A program made the position numbers and the translations under genes. A model generated the notes under the pieces. That model saw nothing but the letters and a program-made list of their open reading frames with translations, had not been told where the DNA came from and did not search any database. 64,000 bases of DNA from Candidatus Eiseniibacteriota bacterium (GTDB lineage Bacteria > Eisenbacteria > RBG-16-71-46 > CAIMUX01 > VGJL01), in the NCBI GenBank assembly GCA_041946735.1, contig JBHGAY010000001.1, forward strand, positions 271,658-335,657, written 5' to 3'. This document shows, piece by piece, positions 50,624-60,015 of the stretch. Position 1 is the stretch's first letter, and each line of letters opens with the position of its first letter.

Positions 50624-51762
50624 GATCGCGCCCCGTAGCGGTGATACGCGGCGCACGTCCCTTCGCTCGAGACCATGCAGGGACCGACCGGCGTCTCCGG
50701 CGTGCACGCCCCGCCGAAGAGCGGGCAGTCGACCGGGGCGACGCGCCCGCGCAGGACCTCGCCGCACAGGCAGCCGGCCGGTTCGCGCGAGACGCTCTCG
50801 ATGCGTTCGGCCTCGCCGGTGGGGAGCAGAAGCCGCGCGTCTCGATGGGACAGAGGGCGGGCGATCGCGAGGCCGCTCGCCGGGATCGGCCCGAGCCCTC
50901 GCCAGCTCGCCGTCTCGACCTCGAACACCCGCTCCAGAGCCGCGCGCGCGCGCCGGTTCCCCTCGGGCGTGACCGCGCGGCCGTAGCGGTTCCCGATCCT
51001 CGCCTCACCGCGCGCACGCATCTCGAGCAGATCGAGGACGCCTCCGAGAAGATCCGCGGGATCGAACCCGCAGACGACGCCGGGTACGGCGAAGCGCTCG
51101 GCGACGAAGCGGTAGGCGTCGGAGCCGAGGATCACGCTGACGTGACCCGGCAGGATGAGCCCGTCGATTGCGGGCGCGTCTGAGGAGAGGAGCGCTTCGA
51201 GCGCGGGCGGAACGAGCTTGTGGCCGGAAAGGACGCGGACGTTGGCGGTCCCCTCGCGCTCGGCCATCTCGATCAGCGTGGCGACTCCCGGGGCTGTCGT
51301 TTCGAAGCCGACTCCCAGGAAGACGAACGTCTCCTGCGGTCGCGAGCGCGCAAGCGGCAGGACGTCCAGCGGCGAGTAGACGATCTCCACCCGGGCGCCG
51401 AGCGCACGCTCCCGCTCGAGCGACGATTCGGAGCCGGGCACGCGAAGCATGTCGCCGAATGTGGCGACCGCGATCCGCGGCTCGCGTAGCAGCCGGAGCG
51501 CCAGATCGACGTACGAGGTCGGGGTGACGCAAACGGGGCAGCCGGGACCCGAGATCACCTCGACGTTGCGTGGCAGCATTCCGCGCACGCCGGTCCGGAA
51601 GAAAGCGGTCGTGTGCGTGCCGCAGACCTCCATGAGCCGGACATGGGGCTGGCGGGACGCGAGAGCGACGATCCGCGCGTGGAGAGCGCGGCAAAGCTCG
51701 GGATCTGCGAACGAGGACGATGGGGACGCGGAGGGGCCGCCGCGAACGGCCGCGCGGGTCAT
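50620..51762 (-). CDS. hypD: Hydrogenase maturation Fe-S scaffold
   Basis: MEVCGTHT, GPGCPVCVTP, GFETT, PGHVS, GPCMVSSEGTC. Confidence 0.97.
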   Translation of the reverse strand: MTRAAVRGGPSASPSSSFADPELCRALHARIVALASRQPHVRLMEVCGTHTTAFFRTGVRGMLPRNVEVISGPGCPVCVTPTSYVDLALRLLREPRIAVATFGDMLRVPGSESSLERERALGARVEIVYSPLDVLPLARSRPQETFVFLGVGFETTAPGVATLIEMAEREGTANVRVLSGHKLVPPALEALLSSDAPAIDGLILPGHVSVILGSDAYRFVAERFAVPGVVCGFDPADLLGGVLDLLEMRARGEARIGNRYGRAVTPEGNRRARAALERVFEVETASWRGLGPIPASGLAIARPLSHRDARLLLPTGEAERIESVSREPAGCLCGEVLRGRVAPVDCPLFGGACTPETPVGPCMVSSEGTCAAYHRYGARS

Positions 51763-52232
51763 GTGCGGCCCCCGGGGAGCCGGCCGCCCGGTCGCTCGCG
51801 CTTCGTCTGCTCCTTCGGACCCTCCTGCCTTTCCAGGTTCTCCTTGTTCTGCGGGTTCTGCCGGTCGTTCTTCGAGCCGTGCGGGCTCTGTGGGGTCTGC
51901 GGGGTCCGTGGGCTCTGTGGGCTCTGCGGGCTCTGTGCGCTCTGCGGCCCGGCCTGCTGCGCCGGCTGCTCCTCCGCCTCTGTCGACTCGCCCGCGTGGT
52001 CTGGCGCCGCCTCCCCTTCGCACAGGAGCAACTCCCGCAGAAGAGCCAGGTTCTCCTCGGCCCGCTCGGGCTCGAGCTTCTCGATCACGAATCCGGCATG
52101 GACGAGAACGAAATCGCCCGTCGAGAGATCGGGGACGAACCCGAGATGGACCTCCCGGCGAACGCCGGAAAGCTCGACGATTCCGCGCTCCCCCTCGACG
52201 GAGACCAGCCGCATCGGGATGGCGAGACACAT
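51759..52232 (-). CDS. hypC: Hydrogenase chaperone HypC with long low-complexity tail
   Basis: MCLAIP, GDFVLVHAGF, then a tail of roughly 85 aa rich in Q/P/S/E. Confidence 0.93.
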   Translation of the reverse strand: MCLAIPMRLVSVEGERGIVELSGVRREVHLGFVPDLSTGDFVLVHAGFVIEKLEPERAEENLALLRELLLCEGEAAPDHAGESTEAEEQPAQQAGPQSAQSPQSPQSPRTPQTPQSPHGSKNDRQNPQNKENLERQEGPKEQTKRERPGGRLPGGRT

Positions 52233-52392
52233 GCGCGGAGATCCTCCCTTCCCCTTCCACCCTTACCCGCGTCCGAGCTTAGCACGTCTCCGCGCGAGGC
52301 CTGTCTCCGAAAGGCAGCGCATCGGCCCCGCAACCGCCGACCCGTGCGTTCGCGCGCGCGGCCGACTTCCCCGTGGCGCGCGGCTCCCTCCG

Positions 52393-54825
52393 TCAGCCGT
52401 GCGCGCGCAACTCCCATGCGGCGGCGACGAGCTGCCCGTAGGAAATCCCGCCGTCGTTCGCCGGCACGCGCAGCGGCAGGAGCGCGGCGAGACCGCGCGC
52501 GGCGAGGCGATCGAGGAGCAGGCCGAGCAGCAAGCGGTTCTGGAAGACGCCGCCGCCGAGAGCGACGGTTTTCGTCCCCGTCTCCTCCGCGAGCCTCGCC
52601 GCCGCCTCGGCCGAAGCGCGCGCGAGCAGGTCATGGAACAGGAAGGCGAGGACCGCTTCGTCCTCCCCGCGCCGCTCCATCGCGAGGATCGCACGAAGCC
52701 CTCCGCCCAGGTCGACGCGGAACCGGGAAGGCCAGGCAGGCTCGCCGGGGTGAGCCCGCCCGTTCTCCTCCCTCTCGACGATCATGAACGGTGGATCGTC
52801 GGACGTGCCGCTCTGCCCGGCGCCGGCGCCGTTCCATCTCGCCGCGTCGCGCGTTCCCATCGCGCCGCTCGTCACCTTCGCTCCGCGGTCCGCCGCGCGC
52901 CATGCGAGCGCTTCGAGTTCCATCGGAACCTGCCCTTCGAAGCTGTTGCGCGTGCGGCGCAGCAGCAGGGCTCCGATCGCATCGAAATAGCGCCCCGCGC
53001 CCGAACTCCACGGGCAGTGGACGCCGCGTTCCAGCATGCGCGCGACGAGGTCGATCGACCCGGACGGCACGAGCGCGGCGAGCGGCCCGAGCGCCTCGTG
53101 CGGATCGGCTTCCGCGTCGAGCCTGCGCAGCAGGGCCTGGGCCGTCCTCCAGGGCTGAAGGATCGCCGCGTCGCCGCCGGGGAGCGGGAGCGGCGTGAGC
53201 GAGCCGGCGCGTTCGAACGATCCGTCACGGAAGAGGAAGAACTCGCCTCCCCACGAGGTGCCGTCCTCGCCGAAGCCGGTCCCATCGAACGCGATTCCCA
53301 CGGCGGGGGAGGAGACGCGGTGCTCGCCCAGCACGGCGGCGACGTGCGCCACGTGGTGCTGCACGCCGATGCGCCGGCGCGCGGGGAACTCGTGGGCATA
53401 GCGCGTCGACAGGTAGTCCGGATGGAGATCGTGAGCGACGGTGTCGGGATCGACGTCGAAGAGGCGCCGGAAATGATCGACCCCTTCCTCGAGGCTCCGA
53501 AGCGTCTCGAGATTCTCGAGATCGCCGATGTGCGAGGAGAGGATCGCCTCCTCCTCGCGCCCGAGCGCGAAGGTGTTCTTCAGCATCGCGCCGACGGCGA
53601 GCACGGATCGCGGGAGCGGAGGGAAGAGAGGGACCGCGGCGGGCGCGTAGCCGCGCGCCCGCCGGAGCAGCTGTGGCGCGCCGCGGAAGACCCGCGCGAT
53701 CGAGTCGTCGCAGCGCAGATGGATCGGCCGGTCGTGCATCAGAAAGTAGTCGGCGATCGCCTGCAGCCGCTCCCGGGCGTCCTCCTCCCGAAAGCAGATC
53801 GGCTCCTCGCTGCGGTTGCCGCTCGTCATGACCAGCGCCGCCGGGCCGGGCGGATCGAGCGGGCCCGGCCGGAAGAGCAGGTGATGCAGCGGCGTGTAGG
53901 GAAGCATGAATCCCAGGGTCGGCTGCCGCGGCGCGACGCCGCCCGCCAGATCATCCCCCTCCCCCTTCCTCTCCAGGAGGACGATGGGGCTCGCCGGCGA
54001 AGCGAGCATCTCGCGCTCGCGCTCGCTCACGTGGACATGGCGCTCCACCTCGGCCAGATCCGCCGCCATCAGCGCGAACGGCTTCTCCTCCCGCCCCTTT
54101 CGCTCGCGCAGCGCCGCGACCGCCATTTCGTTGCGCGCATCGCAGGCGAGGTGGAATCCGCCGAGCCCCTTGATCGCGACGATGTGTCCGCTCGCCAACA
54201 GCCTGCGCGTCTCGCCGATCGGATCGACGGCCGGCATCCGAATGCCGTTCCCGTCCTCGATCCATGCCCGGGGACCGCAGACGGGGCAGGCGGTCGGCTG
54301 CGCGTGGAAACGCCGGTCGGACGGGTCCTCGTATTCCGCGCGGCACGCATCGCACATCGGAAAGCCGGCCATCGTCGTCAGGCGGCGATCGTACGGGACG
54401 TCGCGCACGATGGTCAGGCGCGGCCCGCAGTGGGTGCAGTTCGTGAACGGATAGCGGTGGCGCCGGTCGTCCGGATCGAGAATGTCGCGGAGGCAGCCGG
54501 AACAGGTGGCGGCGTCCGGCGAGACCGGGACGCGCCGCCGCTTCGCCCGCGGACTCTCCCGGATCTCGAACCCCTCATGGCCGGCAGCCGGCAGTCTCGT
54601 CGTCCGGATCGATTCGATCCGCGAGAGCGGGGGCGCGTCGCGGCGAATCGCCTCTCCGAGGCCCTCGAGATCCTCCATCCGTCCCTCGACCTCGAGCAGC
54701 ACGCCGCGGTCGTCGTTCAGGACGAAGCCGGCGAGGTGGCGCTCGGTGGCGAGACGATAGAGGAAAGGCCGGAATCCGACCCCCTGCACGATCCCCGTGA
54801 TGCGGTAGACGAAGCGAACTCTCAT
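52393..54825 (-). CDS. hypF: Carbamoyltransferase HypF
   Basis: GIVQGVGFRPF, Zn fingers (CTHCGPR, RFHAQPTACPVCGP), KGLGGFHL, HDLHPDY, QHHVAH, NDGGISYGQ. Confidence 0.97.
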   Translation of the reverse strand: MRVRFVYRITGIVQGVGFRPFLYRLATERHLAGFVLNDDRGVLLEVEGRMEDLEGLGEAIRRDAPPLSRIESIRTTRLPAAGHEGFEIRESPRAKRRRVPVSPDAATCSGCLRDILDPDDRRHRYPFTNCTHCGPRLTIVRDVPYDRRLTTMAGFPMCDACRAEYEDPSDRRFHAQPTACPVCGPRAWIEDGNGIRMPAVDPIGETRRLLASGHIVAIKGLGGFHLACDARNEMAVAALRERKGREEKPFALMAADLAEVERHVHVSEREREMLASPASPIVLLERKGEGDDLAGGVAPRQPTLGFMLPYTPLHHLLFRPGPLDPPGPAALVMTSGNRSEEPICFREEDARERLQAIADYFLMHDRPIHLRCDDSIARVFRGAPQLLRRARGYAPAAVPLFPPLPRSVLAVGAMLKNTFALGREEEAILSSHIGDLENLETLRSLEEGVDHFRRLFDVDPDTVAHDLHPDYLSTRYAHEFPARRRIGVQHHVAHVAAVLGEHRVSSPAVGIAFDGTGFGEDGTSWGGEFFLFRDGSFERAGSLTPLPLPGGDAAILQPWRTAQALLRRLDAEADPHEALGPLAALVPSGSIDLVARMLERGVHCPWSSGAGRYFDAIGALLLRRTRNSFEGQVPMELEALAWRAADRGAKVTSGAMGTRDAARWNGAGAGQSGTSDDPPFMIVEREENGRAHPGEPAWPSRFRVDLGGGLRAILAMERRGEDEAVLAFLFHDLLARASAEAAARLAEETGTKTVALGGGVFQNRLLLGLLLDRLAARGLAALLPLRVPANDGGISYGQLVAAAWELRAHG

Positions 54826-54927
54826 CGATCGAGAATAGCCGCGGCCCGTTGTTGGTTCCAGACGGACGGCAGATCCGGAGACGGCAAGATCAGGAGACGA
54901 GCGGCGGGCTCGGAGAGGAGCGTCGAA

Positions 54928-55557
54928 TCAAGAGGCGCACGCCACCTCGCCGATCCACCGGCGGACCTGGTCTTCGGCGCCTGCGAGCGCCTTCTCCGCC
55001 TCCACCGAGAGGCGATCGGTCCAGTCGATCCGGACCGGGACGAAGCCAAGGACGGTGATCTCGGGAAGCTCGAGGTGGAGGGCTTCGGCGAGCCGCAGCA
55101 GCCCTCCGAGCGAGCATCCATGCAAGGATACTCGGGGGTCGGGGTTCAGGAGCTTCACCCTGTTCAGCCGGAACACCACCACATCACCTGGAGCCGGCTG
55201 GCCCGGAGGCGCTCCTCCGGAAGCCGGCTCCCCCACAGCCCCCGAACCCCGATCCCGAAACGAAGTGCGCTCCGCCGGGCTATCGGCCCGCGCTGTCTCC
55301 GCCACCCGTCTGTCGTCCATCCTTGGGCCGGGCCGGAGCGCGTCGATCAACAAGACCCGATCGAACTCCTGGAGGCGCGGCAGCAGATCGACTCCGCCGA
55401 CGCCTCCATCCTCCACGACGAAGCTCTCCGGCACCCCCCCGCGCTCGAGCCGCCGGACCAGATGAGGACCGAACCCTTCATCCCCCATCAACAGGTTCCC
55501 GATCCCGAGGATCAGGCTACGCGGCGCGTTCCGCTGGCCGCTCGCGGTTGCCGGCAA
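54928..55557 (-). CDS. Hydrogenase maturation protease (internal low-complexity insertion)
   Basis: AAGGAGG-N5-TTG start, LGIGNLLMGDEGFG, DGG, LIDA, SLH. Confidence 0.9.
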   Translation of the reverse strand: MPATASGQRNAPRSLILGIGNLLMGDEGFGPHLVRRLERGGVPESFVVEDGGVGGVDLLPRLQEFDRVLLIDALRPGPRMDDRRVAETARADSPAERTSFRDRGSGAVGEPASGGAPPGQPAPGDVVVFRLNRVKLLNPDPRVSLHGCSLGGLLRLAEALHLELPEITVLGFVPVRIDWTDRLSVEAEKALAGAEDQVRRWIGEVACAS

Positions 55558-55567
55558 GAGAGCCTCC

Positions 55568-56854
55568 TTACACGAACTCGATCTCCAGGAAGTGCGTGGC
55601 GCAGGAGATGCAGGGATCGTAGGCGCGCACGAGCATCTCGAGGCCGCGCTGGATCGACGCCGGCTCCTTGCCGGCCATGTCGCCGACCAGCTTGTGCATG
55701 TCCCCTTCGATGTTCGCGAGGTTCTGTCCGGTCGGGATGATGCAGTTCGCATGCGCGATCCGGCCGTCCTCGCCGATCGTGTAGTCGTGGTACAGCAGGC
55801 CGCGCGGCACCTCCGTGCCTCCCACCCCCCGCCCGTGGCGGGTTGGCTCCTTCATCCGATGCACGTACCCCTTGCGCGCCTGTAGCTCGTCGAGCAGGCG
55901 GAAGGAGTCCTCGTAGCAGTGGAGCACCTCGAGCAACTGCGCCGTGTTGTTGTGGAACGGATTGGTGACCGGCGGCTTCAGCCCGAGCGCCTTCATGACC
56001 GACTTCGCCCAGGGAAGCAACTGCTCGTGGTTGATGTTGAAGCGCGCGAGCGCCCCGACCGCCACGCTCGACTCGGTCCCTTTGACCTGCTTCGCGGCGG
56101 AGTGCGCCACAACGCGCTCGGAGATCCGCTCCAGGTAGGTCTGGACCGGCGTCACCTTGCCGAACGACGAAGCGATGTCGCCGTTGAGGAAGGCGTACTC
56201 CCCCGCCTTCTTCAGCGCGAAGTACTCGGTCGGCCGGTCGAGCTCGGGCATCTTGATCCCGCGGAACAGCTCGACCGTCGCCTCGAGATCGGGGCGAGCC
56301 GCCTCGAGGATCGAGCGGACGCGGCGCAGGTCCTCCGGAAGCGGCCAGCGCGTGAATCCGCCCGGCATCATGCCGATCGGGTGCACCTTGCGGCCGACCA
56401 GGATCTCGCACATCTCGTTGCCGAGCTTCTTCAGGCGCAGGGCGCGCTTGACGACCTCGGGATGGGTCGTCGCGAGCGGCACGACGCTCCCGACCTCGAA
56501 GACGTCGGGGGCAACGAGGAAGTAGAGGTGGAGGATATGGCTCTGGATGGTCTCGCCATGGAGGAGCAGCTTGCGCAGCAGCGTCGTCTCCTCGTCCGGA
56601 ACGATTCCCAGGGCATCCTCTGACGCCTGGATGGAGGCGAGCGTGTGCCCGAGCGCGCAGATTCCGCAGATGCGAGCGGTGATCGACGCCGCATCCTGCC
56701 AGGGACGCCCCTCGAGCATCACCTCGAACAGCCTCGGCGACTCGACGATCTCTAGCCGGAGATCCTCGATCTTCCCGTCCTTCACGTTGACGACGATGTT
56801 GCCGTGCCCCTCGACGCGGGTGATGTGATGGACGTTGATCTCGTAACCCTTCAT
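55568..56854 (-). CDS. hydA: Group 3b [NiFe]-hydrogenase (sulfhydrogenase-type) large/alpha subunit
   Basis: TRVEGHG, L1 RICGIC, EVPRGLLYH, L2 DPCISCATH followed by a cleavable tail. Confidence 0.93.
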   Translation of the reverse strand: MKGYEINVHHITRVEGHGNIVVNVKDGKIEDLRLEIVESPRLFEVMLEGRPWQDAASITARICGICALGHTLASIQASEDALGIVPDEETTLLRKLLLHGETIQSHILHLYFLVAPDVFEVGSVVPLATTHPEVVKRALRLKKLGNEMCEILVGRKVHPIGMMPGGFTRWPLPEDLRRVRSILEAARPDLEATVELFRGIKMPELDRPTEYFALKKAGEYAFLNGDIASSFGKVTPVQTYLERISERVVAHSAAKQVKGTESSVAVGALARFNINHEQLLPWAKSVMKALGLKPPVTNPFHNNTAQLLEVLHCYEDSFRLLDELQARKGYVHRMKEPTRHGRGVGGTEVPRGLLYHDYTIGEDGRIAHANCIIPTGQNLANIEGDMHKLVGDMAGKEPASIQRGLEMLVRAYDPCISCATHFLEIEFV

Positions 56855-56972
56855 GTCGGCCTCCCGGCGCTCCTCAGGTTTGGCTGCGGATCGGGTCGGG
56901 GTCGGTTCGGTTCACCCGTTTCGTCCCCCTGCAGGCTTCCCACTCCGACCCCGAACCCCTCCGAATCCGAAA

Positions 56973-57728
56973 TCAGTTCGCGAAATACGGGTTCAGATCG
57001 ACCGGCTCGAGCGCGTTGAACTGCGTCAGCCGGTCCTCGACCTCGCGTCGCGACATCCCCTTCGACTTCATGATCTCGACCATCGAGGCCAGGTTCGGCT
57101 GGCTCACGAAGCCCCGGCAGCCGTGGCAGGCCTCCCCGAACGTCGGGCAGATGGCGCCACAGCCCGACCGCACGATCGGACCGAGACAGCACTCGCCCTT
57201 GTCATAGAGGCAGACATTCGCCTTCGTCTTGCACTCGGTGCACAGCGCATGCTCCGAGGGGAACGGAATCTGCCCGAGAAGGAGCGACTTCGTGACCCGG
57301 AGGAACTCCTTCTTGTCGATCGGGCATCCGTTCAGCTCGTACTCGACCGTGACGACGTCCCGCACGCGCTTCGTCGGCTCGCTCGGGAAGTGGCGCGCTC
57401 CGTCCCCGTACACTTTCTGCCGCGCCTTCGCGAGATCGTGCAGGTTCTTCATCCCGTTCACGCCTCCCGTGCAAGCACACGAGCCGATCGCGACCAGGAT
57501 CTTCGCGTTCTCGCGGATCTGCTTGACCTCCTCGATCTCCTCGGGCGTCGTGATCGATCCTTCCACGAACGCCACGTCGTAGTCGTGGCGGCGATCGTCG
57601 ATCGCCTCGCGGAAGTTCACGAGCTCGATCGCCCCCAGCAGCTCGAGCATCTCGTCTTCGAGGTTCAGGATCGTGAGCTGGCAACCTTCGCAGCTCGTGA
57701 AACTGAAGACGCCCACTTTCGCCTTCAT
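56973..57728 (-). CDS. hydD: Group 3b hydrogenase small/delta subunit
   Basis: FTSCEGCQ, FVEGS, GSCACTGG, GCP, CTEC...CLGP...CGAICP...CHGCRG. Confidence 0.92.
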   Translation of the reverse strand: MKAKVGVFSFTSCEGCQLTILNLEDEMLELLGAIELVNFREAIDDRRHDYDVAFVEGSITTPEEIEEVKQIRENAKILVAIGSCACTGGVNGMKNLHDLAKARQKVYGDGARHFPSEPTKRVRDVVTVEYELNGCPIDKKEFLRVTKSLLLGQIPFPSEHALCTECKTKANVCLYDKGECCLGPIVRSGCGAICPTFGEACHGCRGFVSQPNLASMVEIMKSKGMSRREVEDRLTQFNALEPVDLNPYFAN

Positions 57729-58564
57729 CAGAGCGCCTCCCTGATCTTCTTGACGTCGCTGTAGCAGAAGACGGGGCCTTCCTGGCAGACGTAGATCCCG
57801 TTCATCTGGCAGTGACCGCACTTGCCAAGGCCGCACCGCATCCGCCGCTCGAGCGACATGAAGATGCGGCTCTCCATGATCCCCCGCTTGAGAAGCTCGA
57901 GGACCGCGAACTTGTACATCACGGGCGGGCCGACGATGACGGCGACCGTTTCGAGAGGATCGACCTCCACTCGCTCGAAGAGCGTCGTGATCACGCCGAC
58001 GTTGCCCTTCCAGCCGTCCTCCGCGATGTCGACGGTCTCGTGCAGCTCCATCCGCTCGTCCTTCCGCCAGGCGAGCAGCTCCGACTCGAACAACCTCTCG
58101 TTCGGCCGCTTGCACCCGTAGAGGGTGATCATCCGCCGGAAGCTCGGCCGGTTCTCGAGGCAGTAGAGGATGAGCGAGCGCAGCGGAGCCAGCCCGAGCC
58201 CGGCGCAGACGAACAGGACGTCCTTCCCCTGGATCTTCTCGACCGGGAAGCCGTTGCCGTACGGACCGCGGATCCCGACGATCTCGCCGGGAGTCATCGC
58301 GTGGAGCGCCCGGGTGAGCGAACCGACCTGGCGCACGCACAGCTCGAAGGTCTGGCTGGATGTCGGGGACGAGGAGATCGAGATCGGGGCCTCGCCGATC
58401 CCCGCGATCGAGACTTCGACGAACTGGCAGGGACGGTGCCCGAGCGGCCGATCGAGGCTGATCTCGAACACCTTCTCCTTCGCAGTCAGCTTCTCGACCC
58501 GGAGGATGCGGCCGGGTTCCGGAACGAACAGCGACTTGCGAGTCGCGGGTAGTGTCTCGAGCAC
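57728..58564 (-). CDS. hydG: Group 3b hydrogenase gamma subunit (FAD/NAD(P)-binding, 2Fe-2S)
   Basis: GEAPISISS, RGPYGNGFP, GLGLAPLRS, GPPVM, ERRMRCGLGKCGHC...CQEGPVF. Confidence 0.92.
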   Translation of the reverse strand: MLETLPATRKSLFVPEPGRILRVEKLTAKEKVFEISLDRPLGHRPCQFVEVSIAGIGEAPISISSSPTSSQTFELCVRQVGSLTRALHAMTPGEIVGIRGPYGNGFPVEKIQGKDVLFVCAGLGLAPLRSLILYCLENRPSFRRMITLYGCKRPNERLFESELLAWRKDERMELHETVDIAEDGWKGNVGVITTLFERVEVDPLETVAVIVGPPVMYKFAVLELLKRGIMESRIFMSLERRMRCGLGKCGHCQMNGIYVCQEGPVFCYSDVKKIREAL

Positions 58565-58568
58565 GGCG

Positions 58569-59594
58569 TCAACCTCCCAGGACCTGGTTGTACAGATCGG
58601 TCAGTCGGATCGAGGCCACGCAGGCGCTGGAGCAGCGCCCGCAGCCGACGCAAGCGCTTCGGCCGTACTTCTCGAACTGGAAGACCTCCTTCTTGAACAG
58701 CCGGTGGCGGTTCCTGGAGGAGGACTTGCCGCGGAAGTTCTCCCCGCCGGCAACCATCGCGAACGTCGGGCTCTGGCAGCTATCCCAGATGCGGCAGCGA
58801 CGGCCGTTCTCGAGATCGAAGCAGACCTCGTCCTCGACGTCGTAGCAGTTGCAGGTGGGACAGACGGACGTGCAGCTCTCGCACGAGAGGCAGCGCCTCC
58901 CCACCGCTTCCCAGAGCAGGCTGTCGTAGGCGTCCTTCAGGGCGCTCGGCAGGCGGTGGACCGGACCGTTCAGGCGCGGCTTGAAGCTCGCCGTCTGCTT
59001 CTCGCGGGCCTTGCCCAACGCCTCACGATCGGCCGGCGTGGCGGGACGAAGGCAGGCGAGATCCTTGATCATCCCCTCGCCGGCGGGCGTCCGCGTGAAA
59101 ATGAAATAGCGATCCCCGAGATCGACCAGAAGCAGGTCGTATCCCCACTCGACGCGATAGGTCCCCTTGTCGAAGCAGAGGTTGTAGGCGCTGCACGGGC
59201 CCTGGCATTCGAGGGCGATGATCTTCGCCTGCGAGCGGCGGGCCAGATAGTTCGCGTCGTAGGGGCTGTCGGAGAAGACTTCATCCAGCACGTTGATCCC
59301 CTGCACGTCGCAAGGATGCACGCCGAGCAGCACGATCGGCTCCGTCTGCACCGACTCCTGGGTCGACGCGACGCTGCTCCGCTTGAACCGGACGAGCTCC
59401 TCGCGATTGGGGAAGAGCTGGCGGCTGGGCGGGAGGATTGTCGTCGCATAGTCGAGAGCGAGGTCTTCGGGATCGTGGATATGGTCGAAGACGAACTGGC
59501 TCTCCTTGCGGCGGGGCCCGATGACCCGCGCCTGCTTCTGCAGTTCTCGGACGAGCGCCGGCACATCCAGCTTCGAAAGAACGAGTGTCTTCAT
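58569..59594 (-). CDS. hydB: Group 3b hydrogenase beta subunit (4Fe-4S)
   Basis: GVHPCD, CLSCESCTSVCPTCNC, RIWDSC, CVGCGRCSSAC. Confidence 0.9.
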   Translation of the reverse strand: MKTLVLSKLDVPALVRELQKQARVIGPRRKESQFVFDHIHDPEDLALDYATTILPPSRQLFPNREELVRFKRSSVASTQESVQTEPIVLLGVHPCDVQGINVLDEVFSDSPYDANYLARRSQAKIIALECQGPCSAYNLCFDKGTYRVEWGYDLLLVDLGDRYFIFTRTPAGEGMIKDLACLRPATPADREALGKAREKQTASFKPRLNGPVHRLPSALKDAYDSLLWEAVGRRCLSCESCTSVCPTCNCYDVEDEVCFDLENGRRCRIWDSCQSPTFAMVAGGENFRGKSSSRNRHRLFKKEVFQFEKYGRSACVGCGRCSSACVASIRLTDLYNQVLGG

Positions 59595-59609
59595 CCAGCG
59601 GCTCCCTTT

Positions 59610-59648
59610 GGAAAAGAACGGGCCCGCCGGACCCGAGTCCGGCGGGCC
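59610..59648 (-). terminator. Intrinsic terminator-like hairpin immediately upstream of the hydB RBS
   Basis: Minus strand GGCCCGCCGGAC-TCGG-GTCCGGCGGGCC (perfect 12-bp stem), then CGTTCTTTTCC. Confidence 0.7.
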
Positions 59649-59903
59649 TCCTTCAGCTACCCCACCCATCCCCACCCGGCCGGGGAGGGCCCTCCCTCCC
59701 CGACCTCGAAGTTCGTCCCGGAAGCCCGGACAGGGAGACTACGCCCGACCGTCACCACATCCCGTCCAGCCACCCGACCGGACGGCCGGACGAAGTCCCC
59801 CAACGACTCACCCATCCCGGACCCGCATCCCATACCCAGCCCATCCACTGGGTCCGTTTCCTCACCACCCCGACCGGGGCTTCCGGAACCGTTCCTATTC
59901 CTT

Positions 59904-59920
59904 ATCAAGTCCCATGCCAA
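59904..59920 (-). promoter_or_regulatory. Putative sigma54 promoter of the hydrogenase cluster (-12 GA variant)
   Basis: Minus strand TTGGCATGGGACTTGAT; IHF-like CAACGGCTTA just upstream. Confidence 0.62.
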
Positions 59921-60015
59921 GTGAACCGTTTCACATCGCCATCGGTAAGCCGTTGTGTTGGATGACCCTACCGTCATCTTCCGGAACCGCACGATCGGCT
60001 GGAAGGGGCGGAAAG

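Noticed and set aside
55568..55625. Selenocysteine ([NiFeSe]) hydrogenase
   Set aside because: The L2 motif is DPCISC with ordinary Cys codons and no in-frame TGA.
51613..55740. Very long plus-strand ORFs (1375 aa here; also 2963..5797, 9504..11993, 18913..21270, 42311..44476)
   Set aside because: They are antisense shadows of well-supported minus-strand genes, expected in high-GC DNA, and contain no recognisable motifs.
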